From the NCBI RefSeq assembly GCF_018350175.1, contig NC_058368.1:95296001-95360000 (forward strand): a DNA stretch of 64,000 nt, given 5' to 3'. Shown here piece by piece: positions 35,108 to 46,999 of the stretch (within the stretch, counting starts at the first letter, position 1; each line of letters starts with the position of its first letter). Made by a program: the position numbers and the translations under genes. A model generated the notes under the pieces. That model saw nothing but the letters and a program-made list of their open reading frames with translations, had not been told where the DNA came from and did no database searches. Source of the stretch: Felis catus (Eukaryota).

Positions 35108-35320
35108 GGGACACCTGGGTGGCTCTGTCAGTTAAATGGCCGACTTTGGCTCAGGTCATGATCTCACAGCTCATGAGTTCGAGTCCCGCATCGGGCTCTG
35201 TGCTGACAGCTCAGAGCCTGGAGCCTGCTTTGGATTCTATGTCTCCCTCTCTCTCTCTGTCCTTCCCCGACTTGCACTCTGTCTCTCTCTATCAAAAAGA
35301 AATAAACATTAAAAAAAATT
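35108..35320 (+). mobile_element. Can-SINE (SINEC_Fc-like)
   Basis: Full body; TGATA(A/T)TCACA on both flanks. Confidence 0.96.
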
Positions 35321-35331
35321 AATGATATTCA

Positions 35332-35500
35332 CAATAGTTAACGTTTACTGAGGATATACTTTTGCCAAATGTTTCAGAAGTGTTAGCTAATTTAATCCTC
35401 ACAGCAGTGCTATGAATTCTAGCCCTTTTTACAGAAATGCAGCCGGGTCAAGTAACAGCCCAAGGTCACCGTTGGAACTCAAATCCTCCAGCTCTACATC
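35332..35500 (-). mobile_element. MIR
   Basis: AACGTTTACTGAG..ATTTAATCCTCACAGCAG..TTTTACAGA..AAGTAACAGCCCAAGGTCAC..GAACTCAAATCC. Confidence 0.7.
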
Positions 35501-35524
35501 TCGTGCTCTTTTCTTTTCCCCCTC

Positions 35525-35750
35525 CAAGTTTTTATTTAAATTCCAGCTAGTTAACATACAGTGCAATCTGAGTTTCCCGTCTACAATAGATGTCCAATAG
35601 AGTGATTCAGCCCATCCATATGTCACCCAGTGCTCATCGTGACAAATGCGCTCCTTAATCCCCATCACCTATTTCCCCCCCCCCCCCCCCCCACCGCCAA
35701 CCAACCTCCCCTCCGGTAACCACCGGTTTGTTGTCTACAGTGCTCTCTCT
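35525..35750 (-). mobile_element. Carnivore L1 3' UTR fragment
   Basis: TTTATTTAAATTCCAGCTAGTTAACATACAGTG..CACCCAGTGCTCATC..CTCCTTAATCCCCATCACCTATTTCCC..CCCCTCCGGTAACCA. Confidence 0.85.
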
Positions 35751-37630
35751 AAGATACCAGGCAGTTTTCCTCTGAATGGCCAGTGCCGTGTCAAGTAGAT
35801 ACGGGACACGTGGAGTACATGGAGGGCGCATTCCACCTGGCTGCAGGACTCCAGAGGCTCTGTGGCACACTTGACATTGTAGCTGTCTGCTTGGAGGCTC
35901 AAGTCTGACCATGGGCACAGGAGCCAGCACAGTGAACCCCCTTTCCAGGTGACCCTGTGGTCCCTTGTAGATGTTATCTTCTTCTTCTTTCTTAATTCCC
36001 ACACTTGTTCTTGACAGCTTTGCAAGCAGGAAATCCTAGCTCCTGTTGACTACAATGCTGATGTAGTTTCTGTCCCAGGCAAGGCTTATCTCACCAGGAG
36101 AAGGGGATTCAGAGCTCCATTTGGGGCAGGATTAGGTGTGATGCTTCCTCACTCAAAGAGGCAGATTGGTTTTGATTGAGGGGTCAGGGACGTGGGTTAT
36201 GATCTTGGCTTTTCTTGTTACTACTTTTATGTGTTTGATGAGCATTCTGCTTTCTCTGGGCACATTTCCTCGTCTATAAAACGACTCTGTCTCCTCGACT
36301 TCAAATGACCTTTGGCATCTCCAGTAAGACAAGGGAGGGGAGAGTGCTTTGCGAAGTCTACACCAAGAGAAGGTATTGTCACTATCATTCATGGTTTTCC
36401 CTTAGGAAATACTGATAAGAAATACCCTCTGCATGTTTCAGACATCCCAGAGAGTTCTTTTTCCCCAGAGAACCTTGAAATACCAGTTATAATCGGACTC
36501 GCCACAGCAAGTAAAATGTCTGTGTGTTATCTAGATATGTAATCTCTAATTTTGTAAATTTCACTTAAGGATCTTTGAAGAACCAGGTCTCTTTGATATC
36601 TGACCTCAACTTTTTAAACCATGCATCAAAATCCTTAGGAAAGAGACTGTAGGTGGAATGAGTACAAAGCGGGGTGGTGGAATTGCTTTCCCTATAGGTC
36701 AGGGCATTAGCGTTCGAACAAGAGGTTTGAGGTCTGAATGAATCTGAGACCAAAAAAGAGGAACGAGGTGGATCTGAAATGAATCTCTGCATTGACAGGA
36801 AAGAGCAGGCAATTTATGGCTCCAACGCTAAAGCCAACGAATATTCAATCTATTCTGGTCAAGTGGCCCATACAGTGGAGCACAGAAGAAACTCCCCTCC
36901 CCCTCCTGTTAAATGATATTCCCGGTCATTGTCAACGTGCAAATCCCACAGTGGGGCCCAGAGATTCCCTGGGCTTCATTAACATTTCCCCAGGGTCTCA
37001 GTTTGCATCTCTCTTTCCATTTTCCAGCTCTGAATGGGAGTTTCCTGGGGAACCTCTTCTACAAAGGGAACATAGGAGGTTTGCCCCCTGAGAGAGAAAA
37101 TAAAAAACACAACAAGAAACCACAAGAAAAGAACACTTCTTCCCCTGAAATACTGCAGTCAGGAGCAGACAGCACGTGTCTTTTTTCAAGGACAGGTGGA
37201 GATTCTGATCCTTTGGTGTTCAGTAATATGAGGCATGTCGCTCCCTGAGTTTAACGGTGAAGCCTCCTGTCTTCCTGCTTAAAAGAATTAAAAGGGGTTT
37301 GAAATTACTGACTATGGTACAGGCTTCTCAGTCACAGATAAGCATCAGTTCTTTCTGCTCTGCTCTATTGTCCGTGAAGCCACGGCTCCCCATTTCTGCA
37401 CCGTTCCCCCTGTGCCAAAAGGGAGGGAGAGTAAACCTTATCCACAGGCTCCTGTTACCCCGACACCCCCTTCCATCAGAGGTTGGCTCTAGGGGATACA
37501 GGGCATTCATCAATTACAAGAAGGGGAAGAGTCACCATTTGCATAAGTAATTGGTAGACCCTCTCCCTGTAAGCCTTGAATTTTTGTCTGTGCGTTGTTG
37601 TCTGAAAAAAAAAAAAAAAAACCCAAACCA

Positions 37631-37760
37631 GGGGCGCCTGGGTGGCTCAGTCGGTTGGGCGTCCGACTTCGGCTCAGGTCACGATCTCATGGTTCGTGGG
37701 TTTGAGCCTTGAGTGGGGCTCTGTGCTGACAGCTCAGAGCCTGGAGCCTGCTTTGGATTC

Positions 37761-37796
<36 letters not shown>

Positions 37797-37845
37797 CCTC
37801 CCCTGCACGTGCTCTGTCTCTCTCTCAAAAACAAACATTAAAAAA
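37631..37845 (+). mobile_element. Can-SINE (SINEC_Fc-like)
   Basis: Full body inserted after an A-run; AAACCA on both flanks. Confidence 0.96.
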
Positions 37846-38142
37846 TACCCCACAAAACCAAAGTCAACAACCAATGAGCGCAAGAGAGATTTTATAGGCT
37901 GTCTAATAGCTGCAGCACTAACAGAAGAAACGTTGTGGGTGGAGGTGGGGAGAGGGTAGGGACCGACAACCAGTGATGAAAATCAGGCTTCTATTTGAAA
38001 ATTCTTACTACTTTTCTGTAGCAGCTTCCTTGCTAACCTAAGCATTCTCTTCCTGAGCTGGCTGTAGCGTGACTTTGAAAAGACAAAAACAAAAACCCGA
38101 CTTTATTGAGATATAATTTGCATGCCATAAAAGTTACACCTG

Positions 38143-38146
<4 letters not shown>

Positions 38147-38203
<57 letters not shown>

Positions 38204-38220
38204 CATACACACACATATAC
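38147..38220. repeat. (AT)n / (AC)n compound microsatellite
   Basis: Perfect (AT)n at 38147-38189, then degenerate. Confidence 0.95.
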
Positions 38221-38290
38221 TTCAGTGGTTTTTAGTTTATTTAGGAATTGGTGCAGCTATCCCCATAATCCCATCTTTGAATGTTTTTAT

Positions 38291-38507
38291 GGGGGCACCT
38301 GTGGGGCTCAGTTGGTTAACCGTCTGACTCTTGATTTCAGCTCAGGTCATGATCTCATAGTTTGTGAGTTTAAGCCCTGTGTCAGGTTTTATACTGACAG
38401 AGTGGCTTGGGATTCTCCCTCTCTCCCTCTCTCTCTGCCCTGTCCTCTTTTACCCGAGTGTATGCTCTTATGCTCTCTCAAAATAAATATGTAAACTTAA
38501 AAAAAAA
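38291..38507 (+). mobile_element. Can-SINE
   Basis: Head, body, (CT)n and A tail. Confidence 0.93.
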
Positions 38508-38516
38508 TAATGTTTA

Positions 38517-38740
38517 GGGGCACCTGGGTGGCTCAGTCGGTTAAGCGTCCAACTTCAGTTCAGGTCATGATCTCGTGGTTTGTGAGTTTGAGTCCTGCGT
38601 CGGGCTCTGTGCTGACAGCTCAGAGCCTGGAGCCTGCTTCAGATTCTATGTGTGTTTCTCTCTCTGCGCCCCCCCCCCCCCCCACACTCTGTGTCGCTCT
38701 CTGTCTCAAAAATAAAGAAACATAAAAAAGTTAAGAAAAA
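38517..38740 (+). mobile_element. Can-SINE (SINEC_Fc-like)
   Basis: Tandem with the previous SINE; AATGTTT on both flanks. Confidence 0.95.
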
Positions 38741-39107
38741 ATGTTTTTGTAACTCCAAAAGGCATCCCAATACCTGTTGGCTATTTTTCTCCATTCCCCC
38801 CCTCTCCCCACCAGCCCTAAGCAACAACTAATCTACTTTCTGTCTGTATAGATTTGTCAGTGGCAATCTTTTATACAGAAACATGCAAGAGGTGGTCTTC
38901 TATGGCTGGTTTCTTTCACTTAGCACGAGGTTTTCTTGGTTCATCCACTTCGTAGCAGCGCTTTGTATCTTTTTATTGTTGGATACTGTTCTGTGGTGTG
39001 GCTTTAACACAGTTTATTTACTCTTTCATCATTAGATCAACATTTGCGTTGTTCCCGCTTTGGGGCTATTATGGATAATAAATACTGCTATAAACCTATG
39101 TGTACCA

Positions 39108-39186
39108 TTTTTTAAAAATTAGAAAAAAATATTTGTTTATGTATATATTTGAGAGAAGAGAAAGAGAGAGCACAAGCAGGGGAAGA

Positions 39187-39231
<45 letters not shown>

Positions 39232-39355
39232 CAAGCAAGCTCCACACTGTCAGTGCACAGCCTGATGCGGGACTCGAACCCATGAGCAGTGAGATCATGA
39301 CCTGCGCTGAAATCAAGAGTTGGACGCTCAACCGAGGAAGCCACCCAGGCACCCC
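39108..39355 (-). mobile_element. Can-SINE
   Basis: Full body with long (GA)n. Confidence 0.94.
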
Positions 39356-39912
39356 AGGGTTTTATTGTGATGAGTATTTTCACTTCCATTTGGTGTTTCC
39401 TTAAGAGTGGAATTGCTGGGTCGCCTGGTAACTTTATGTTTAAAATTTGGAGAGGCTCCCAAGCTGTTTTCCTAGATGTTTCCCGATCCATTTTCCGTTT
39501 CCATCAGCAGTGCATGAGGCTGAGCTCAGTCTTGTTGCAGGCTTTTCCCATTCACAGGATTCTAAACTCTGTAGGATTACAAATGTAGCAGGCAGTTGGT
39601 TTTGATGCTTATTTAGGCAGTCTCTTTTCTCTTCCCAAACTGCAAATATTTCTCTTGTCTAATGAGCAGGTGCCTCCGGCTAATGAAGCAGGAATACTAA
39701 TTTCTTATTTGATTTATAAGAATCTTCAATAATTGCAGAAGAATCTTAATGCTCTTAGCTTTCTGTATATGTATGTTCTAGAGCACTAACATTGCTTTCT
39801 TTTAAAATTCACATTCCTCCCTGTTTTGCTGTTGAGTGATTAGTACCTTGATTACAGGTCATGAATGCCTGGTGAGAAAATAGGCTCACATTTGCATTTC
39901 AAGACATATCTC

Positions 39913-40138
39913 TTTTCTTTTTTATAATTCTTTTTAATGTGTATTTATTTTTGAAGAAGACAGAGACGGAGCATGAGTGGGGGAGGGGCAGAGAGAGAGG
40001 GCGACACAGAATCGGAAGCAGGCTCCAGGCTCCAAGCTCTCAGCACAGAGTCCGATGCAGGGCTCGAACTCATGAACCACGAGATCATGACCTGAGCTGA
40101 AGCTGGACGCTCAACCGACTGAGCCACCCGGGTACCCC
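39913..40138 (-). mobile_element. Can-SINE (SINEC_Fc-like)
   Basis: TSD-like CAAGACA..CTCTTTT at 39900 and 40140. Confidence 0.96.
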
Positions 40139-41435
40139 ACAAGACAGCTCTTTTAAACAGGCTAACATTTATTCTTGGGAAAGGAAGTATATGTATCCTT
40201 CCCTCTACCTGACCTGAAAATGTCAAGGATGAAGTAAATTTCAGTGACTCCAATGCAGAACCCTTATCTTACGAATACACAGTATAACGTTTATGAGGTA
40301 AACTTGTTTTTCAGACAAGTAAGTTTGTCCACAAACCTAGGTTTTTTGCTTACCCTGCTTGCTTGAGGTGAAGGATAGCTCACGAATGCTTTTTTTCCGG
40401 TCGTGGACACGAGGTAGCCCTTTGTCTTTAATCCCAGCATTTGCAAAAATGTTACGCCTCCCAGCTGATGTGTGTAGAATGATTTAGAGCTGCATCCTTG
40501 CTGGTTAGCGAGCTTTCTCGTTTCCTAGATACTATCACTTCTGCCACTTTAAACCAAGGCTTCTAATGACATGCGTTGAAGGACAAGGCTTGATTTCAGG
40601 TTTCCCTTTGGTCTGTTTCATCTCCATTTGCTGACCCTGGATTATGCAGATGATAGACTGCTTTCGGTAATCTGGCCCCCTGTGTCAGACCTTGGCTGTC
40701 ATACTCCATTATAACCGATGGTTCAAGTGCTTCCTTTACATAAGGACTGTCTTCTTCCCAGGGATCCCTCTAAGATATTCAGGGCTAGCAGTAAAAATAT
40801 TGCTGAATCCTGTTCTCAAGTCGAGTTTCAAGGTTAACATGAAAACTGTTATCACTTGCTTATGCTGCATAAAAATCTGTTTTATCCTGGTAACAATCCT
40901 CTTAAAAAGCCTCGCAGTTCCTGTGCTCCACCAGTGTTTCCTCAGATGCCAAACCGACTATGACTGGCTGGCAAGAAAACAAGTTAGGATTATTTATATG
41001 CCGGTGTGCATCTGTTTCCATCTAGAATTATGAACAATTAATCAATGATAATCAATTGTGACAGCAAAGAGAATGTCTATCCCGCTACCTTCTATTCCCA
41101 GCAACAGAGAAACACGAGTAATTTTGATAATGTCCTGTGTGTCCGGGGAAGTAATTCCCCTATTATTGGCTTTTAGCAAGAATTTATAATTAAATCAGGG
41201 AGGAGAAACGCTGGCAGCCGACACCATGTCACATTCATTTCAAGTGTAATGCCACAGTTTCATGGATGGTCACTTAGGCATTGAAATCGTGCAGCTATGA
41301 GGGAGCAAAAAGGAGGCTGTGAGTGTTCTGTCCATTCTTCTGCCATACCAAAACAAGGGTAAATCTCGTGACACTGTTGGCCTGTTGAGGACCTGGAACT
41401 TCTCTGTGAACCGATGGTGGATAAGGTGGAAATCT

Positions 41436-42104
41436 TTTTTTTTTCTTTTATGAAATTTATTGTCAAATTGGTTTCCATATAGCACCCAGTGCTCATCCCA
41501 ACAGGTGCCCTCCTCCAGGCCCATCCCCCACTTTCCCCTTCCCACTCTTCCTCTCCCCATCAACCCTCAGTTTATTTTCTGTTTTTAAGAGTCTCTTAGG
41601 GTTTGCCTCCCTCCCTCTCTTTTTTCCCCCCTTTCCCTCCCCCATGATCCTCTATCAAGTTTCTCAGGATCCACCTATGAGTGAAACCATAGGGTATCTG
41701 TCTTTCCCTGCCTGACTTATTTCACTTAGCATAACACTCTCCGGTTCCATCCACGTTGCTACAAATGGCCAGATTTCATTCTTTCTCAGTGCCAAGTAGT
41801 ATTCCATTGTATACATAAACCACATCTTCTTTATCCGTTCGTCAGTTGATGGACATTTAGGCTCTTTCTATAATTTGCCTATTGTTGAAAGTGCTGCTCT
41901 AAACATTGGGGTACAAGTGCCCCTATGCATCAGCACTCCTGTATCCCTCGGGTAAATTCCTAGCAGTGCTATTGCTGGTTCCTAGGGTAGATCTATTTTT
42001 AATTTTTGGAGGAACCTCCACACTGTCTTCCGGAGTGGCTGTACCAGTTTGCATTCCCACCAACAGTGCAAGAGGGTTCCCGTTTCTCCACATCCTCTCC
42101 AGCA
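41436..42104 (-). mobile_element. Young L1 (L1_Fc-like), 5'-truncated, about 670 bp
   Basis: Minus strand translates to the ORF2p cysteine-rich C-terminus [24 protein letters not shown]...YTMEYYLALRKNEIWPFVATWM..., with two in-frame stops; TSD-like GGATAAGGTGGAAATCT (41419) and GGATAGGATGGAATCT (42105). Confidence 0.97.
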
Positions 42105-42155
42105 GGATAGGATGGAATCTATCCTCTAAGTGTTCATATAAAGTAATTGTCTTAG

Positions 42156-42363
42156 CGGCATCTGTTTGGTTCCATCGGTTAAGCGTCCATCTCTTGATAA
42201 TTGGTTCAAATCACAATCTCACAGTTTGTGGATTCGAGCCCCAAGTTGGGCTCTGTGTGGACAGTGCAGAGCCTGCTTGGGATTCTGTCTCTCTCCCTTT
42301 CTCTCTGCTCCCCCACTTACGCTTGCTCTCTGTCTCAAAATAAATAAATAAACTTAAAAAAAA
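42156..42363 (+). mobile_element. Can-SINE (diverged head)
   Basis: TSD AGTAATTGTCTTA at 42142 and 42371. Confidence 0.92.
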
Positions 42364-42463
42364 GTAATTGAGTAATTGTCTTAAATCTGTTTTTTTGAAA
42401 AGAAGTTGATACACACAGAGGCATAGATATATATGGAAATAGACAACATTGCATATACAATTT

Positions 42464-42774
42464 CTTTTAAAAAATAGATTTAAGAGAATTGCTTTATATG
42501 TACCATACTGTGTGTGTGTATATAATCACTCATTAAGGATTTATTTATCCAGTAGTCTTTCCTTCTGTATCTACATAGGTACTTTGTAAGAAGGCTACCA
42601 ACCAACAGAAAGGAAAGACTTTTAAAAAATAGATTTAAGAGAATTGCTTTATATGTACCATACTGTGTGTGTGTATATAATCACTCATTAAGGATTTATT
42701 TATCCAGTAGTCTTTCCTTCCGTATCTACATAGGTACTTTGTAAGAAGGCTACCAACCAACAGAAAGGAAAGAC
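42464..42774. repeat. 155-bp tandem duplication
   Basis: 42464-42618 and 42619-42773 are identical except T42566 versus C42721. Confidence 0.97.
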
Positions 42775-42799
42775 ATTAACACTGTAACAAGATTAAGGG

Positions 42800-43015
42800 A
42801 ATTACAAGGTACAGACTTGCAAGACAGGGAGCTGTAATGTACAGCATAGGGAATATAGTTAATAATATTGTAAAAACTTTACGTGGTGACAGATGGTAGC
42901 TAGATTTATCATGGTGATCACTTCATAATGTATATAAATGTTGAATCACTATGTTGTACACCTGAAAGTAATCTGTGTATGTCAGCTATATTTCAGTTAA
43001 AAAGAAAAAAAAAAC
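42800..43015 (+). mobile_element. L1 3' UTR fragment (carnivore/L1MA-type)
   Basis: TGTAATGTACAGCATAGGGAATATAGTTAATAATATTGTA..GGTGATCACTTCATAATGTATATAAATGTTGAATCACTATGTTGTACACCTGAAA followed by an A tail. Confidence 0.88.
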
Positions 43016-44028
43016 CCTCCCAACGATGTTTTATGGCAAACGGTTTGAAACCTCAGGAAACCATCTTTAAAGGCTGCAAATGAGTGCCTGCTTTCCACTT
43101 GGACCGGTGGTGATTGTGCCATTGCCTGGAAATAGGGAGACACTATAGAGCGCGGACTAGTGCGCACTATCTGTCCTCATTATAACGTGGCCTGGGGCTT
43201 GGAACTAAACATGATTCCAGAACATAATGAGCTGTGTACTGTAATGAAGGTGTTTGAAATTGATTTGACTGTTATTTAGTATAAAAAGTCCCACATCAAA
43301 GACTCTGGCAAGCACACAGACACATAGGCGTTCATAGACAAAGGACGCTGTGTGATGGTCCAGGGGCAAGTGGAGAGGTGTGGTGGCTTAAGCTGAGTCA
43401 AGGAACCTAGCAAGCCGTGATCTGATGATTCGTTCTCAGCTCCCTGTATCGCACTCTCAAACTGCCGTATGGCGCTAGGTGATTTTGAGGGTTACTTTGA
43501 AGACGACGATGAAACCCAGCGTAATTTCCCTCTTGTTTCCTAGTAGTTTTGCATTGCTCCTTCCAGCGCAGTCATGGACACCCTCCCAAGCTAATTTGTA
43601 AAATGAATTTTACTGAATGCCATTTAATCTTATTGCCATAGTTACAAACTCAGAAATCGAAGATTGCCAGGCTGCGCTGAAAATAGCTGACTTGCTACCA
43701 GGAAGAGGACTAATTCTTATGCACAGCTCTGTACGCACATGAGATCTCTTATTCAAAGAACAATGGGAAGTTTGATCCTTTATTAAAACCTGACCTTCGG
43801 ATGCCTTTGCATTCTCCAAACCCAGAACCAGGATGGGCTTGAATGAAATGTGGGAAAACTAAAGATGAGGTTCCGCTTTGCAACCTGCTGTTTTAGCTCC
43901 TGTGATACGGTTGTAGTGAGCTCACGAGATGTTTGTCCCAGTATTTTCACAGACCATCCTGGGGATTTTATCAGCATTTGCAAATTATAAAGTTAAGAAC
44001 CTATGTATGTTTCAATTTTAAGGAAGTC

Positions 44029-44227
44029 TTTTTTTTTCTTAATAAATGCTTTTATTTCTTTTTGAGAGAGTACAAGCAGGGGAGGGGCAGATGGAAAAGG
44101 ACAGAGGACCTGAGGCAGGCTCTGTGCTGACAGCAGCAAGCCCGATGTGGGGCTTGAACTCAGAACTGCGAGATCATGACTTGAGCTGTGGTTGGACGCT
44201 CAACCGCCTGAGCCACCCAGGTGCCCT
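44029..44227 (-). mobile_element. Can-SINE
   Basis: Tail, body and head present. Confidence 0.92.
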
Positions 44228-44246
44228 ATGAAATTAAAAAAAAAAT

Positions 44247-44469
44247 TTTTTTTTAACGTTTATTTATTATTGAGAGACAGAGACAGAGTGTGAGCAGGGG
44301 GTGGGGGGTGGGCAGAGAGAGAGGGAGACACAGAATCTGAAGCAGGTGCCAGGCTCTGAGCTGTCAGCACAGAGCCTGTTGCGGGGCTCGAACTCACCAA
44401 CCGTGAGCCGTGAGATCACTACCTGAGCCGAAGTCGGATGCTTAACCGACTGAGCCACCCAGGCGCCCC
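44247..44469 (-). mobile_element. Can-SINE (SINEC_Fc-like)
   Basis: Full body with a CCGTGAG micro-duplication. Confidence 0.96.
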
Positions 44470-44526
44470 TGAAATTTAAGGAAGTTTTAAATGATCTGAT
44501 TTATAAACGACAAATCTAGCCATACC

Positions 44527-44570
44527 TGTCTATCATCTATCATCTATTTATCATCTATCATTCTATCATC
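44527..44570. repeat. Degenerate (TATC/TATCATC)n microsatellite
   Basis: TCTATCATCTATCATCTAT.. read directly. Confidence 0.8.
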
Positions 44571-44638
44571 ATTAAGCAAACCCATAATCTCAGTCAACAA
44601 ATGTACTTTATGGGAGAGGTTTAAGATAGGTTATATGA

Positions 44639-44806
44639 GGGGCGCCTGGGTGGCTCAGTCGGTTAAGCGGCCGACTTCGGCTCAGGTCATGATCTCACAG
44701 TTCATGGGTTCAAGCCCCTGCGTCGGGCTCTGTGCTGACAGCTCAGAGCCTGGAGCCTTCTTCCCATTCTGTCTCCCTCTCTTTCTGCCCCTCCCCTGCT
44801 TGCACT

Positions 44807-44854
<48 letters not shown>

Positions 44855-44880
44855 AATAAATAAACAGGAAAAAAAAGAAA
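44639..44880 (+). mobile_element. Can-SINE (SINEC_Fc-like)
   Basis: Full body with long (CT)n. Confidence 0.96.
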
Positions 44881-45236
44881 GAATGATTTCTGAACCAGGG
44901 TATTGGACACAAAACATCATGGTTCTCGGTCTTAAAGCATCCGTGTTACAAAAGGACTTGGAACCTAAAAGAAAAACAATTTCATTGTAATTAAAATATT
45001 CATTCGATCAAAATCAAACACAAGGATAGATGTCAGAAACTACTTCTTAGGTGCTAAAGCAAGTTGCTGAGCGGTCCGTGTGGTATTGTGCCATTACACT
45101 GTAAATAAACACATGGGAAAATGCCTACGGGGTTTTGGCCCGATCTGTTGCCAGTGGCTCTCCCTGGGAATTTCATTTCAGAGGTGGGGTGGAGAGTTGC
45201 TCAGCTTTCTAATACCATGTTAAAAAGTTCTAATTT

Positions 45237-45435
45237 GGGGGCGCCTGGGTGGCTCAGTTGGTTGAGCGCCTGACTCTTGATACTGGCTCAGATCATGATC
45301 CGAAGGTCATGGGATGGAGCCCCATGTTGGGCTCCACAGGGAGCATGGACCCTGCTTAAGATTTTCTCTCTCTCTCTATGCCCCTCTCCCTGGCTCGTGC
45401 TCTCTCTCTCTCTCAAAACAAAACAAAAACCAAAA
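45237..45435 (+). mobile_element. Can-SINE (older subtype)
   Basis: AAAAGTTCT on both flanks. Confidence 0.92.
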
Positions 45436-45490
45436 AGTTCTGTGTTGAATGAAATAAAAAAGTTATCAGTATAATTAAGTAAGTAAATAA

Positions 45491-45586
45491 TTTTTTTTAA
45501 AGTAAACTCTGTACCCAACGTGGGACTGGAACTCAGAACTCTGAGATCACCCATCATATGCTCTACCAACTGAGCCCGCAGGTACC
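45491..45586 (-). mobile_element. Short Can-SINE
   Basis: TTTTAAAGTAAACTCTGTACCCAACGTGGG..CTCTACCAACTGAG; AGTAAGTA on both flanks. Confidence 0.85.
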
Positions 45587-45784
45587 ACAGAGTAAGTACG
45601 TCTGAAGGAGAGTTGTTTGATTGACAAGCAATCTGTTTTTAACATTTTCCTCATCCCCAAGCCTTCTTTAACCTAATATTCAATGTACTAAAAATCCATT
45701 CTCTGTGCTTATGATTTGTCAACGTCCAGTTTGCATTGTTCTTGGTCCAGATAAACAGTCAAATCAATTTCTTTTGACATTTAT

Positions 45785-45870
45785 TTCATTTCCGTGGGCC
45801 TCCATTCTCTCACCTATAAAATGAGGGGATTAGACCTCTGAGATCTTTATCAAGCGGAAAATTCTGATGT
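45785..45870 (+). mobile_element. MIR core fragment
   Basis: TGGGCCTCCATTCTCTCACCTATAAAATGAGGGGATTAGAC. Confidence 0.6.
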
Positions 45871-46999
45871 GGTTGTTCTTGAAGTTTTCACCAGTTCAAC
45901 CTGCTGCTTATCCGATTTAATTTAGGTTATTAGGGCTTTGGTGTCTTTGAATATAATTTTATGGTATTTGATCAACAGCTCGAAAACAAACGTAGTCACT
46001 TAAGGATTCTGAGTAAATAGAACACACAGTATGTATTTAGGGAGTCGGAACAAAGAGGCCAGTGCCCTTGCCAGGACAGGAAGCCAATGGGCCACAGGCT
46101 GTCTAGCCCTTGCTGTATAGAGTTTGCTGGCTGTGCGGGGAGGGGGGGGGGTTGCGCCTACTGTTCACTCCCTTTTATATGCAAAGATCTCCCAGAGGAG
46201 GGAGTCCTGGGAACTGTTTTTTCCCTGTGAGAGGGAGGGAGGGAGGGTACTGCTGTATTCTCTTCCCAGGGCCACCCCACTGAAGCCGCTGTAGGTACAG
46301 CCTGGCCTCACACACGTAGCGTGAGGAGATTCTAAGTGCTGGTTTTACACTATACATTGTCAGGGCACTTCTGTTATTGTTGAATTAATTTTGAATTCAA
46401 GGCAATATAGTCTCCCTTTCTGCAGGACTTGTCGGGGCCTTTAAGCTGCCAGTCCCCCAACGGGGGAGTCTCCCAAAGGGAGATGCAACTCCGGCTACTC
46501 TTCTGGGTGATAAGACCTGCTCGCCTCTGGCCCACCAGCGTTTGGTGGGGCAGTTGCATCCTTAAATGTAATCTGGCAGAGGGGCAAATAGGTTCTACTC
46601 TGTGTGCCGAGTTTGATCCGTTGGTGGAGACTCCCGGCAGTTATTTTCAGAAGGACTCGGAGGCCTGGTTCTAGTTAGACGGGAAAAAGAGGGAGAGTGG
46701 TGATTGCTAGAACAGGGATTTGTCGACCCTGCCTTTGTTCTCTGCTGTTTCTGAGTCTTTCAAATAATTGCACTCATAGGTATTTCCATGTCCTACCCTG
46801 TGGGGAAATCCTGGAGAGTCCAATAAAATGGTGACTTGGCTGAGTCTCAGATACTCTTGATTTCACGTGAGGTAGAAGGTACAAAATCTGCCCAGAAGCT
46901 CTCTGTGTGGCTGCAGGCATAGTGGCTGGGACCTTGCTCAATGGAGATACTGCTTGAAAGTGAGGGGCTACTAGAGTCAAGAGTGGAAGAAAGAGCCCA

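Larger units (their letters stand above)
38100..39520 (-). mobile_element. L1M (L1MB-like) 3' end interrupted by a microsatellite and three SINEs
   Basis: CTTTATTGAGATATAATT..CAGTGGTTTTTAGT..CAGCCCTAAGCAACAACTAATCTACTTTCTGTCT..TTTCACTTAGCA..GGCTATTATG..AGTGGAATTGCTGGGTC..CATCAGCAGTGCATGAG is collinear. Confidence 0.88.

Noticed and set aside
41906..42343. 145-aa plus-strand ORF
   Set aside because: Antisense read-through of L1 ORF2 into a SINE.
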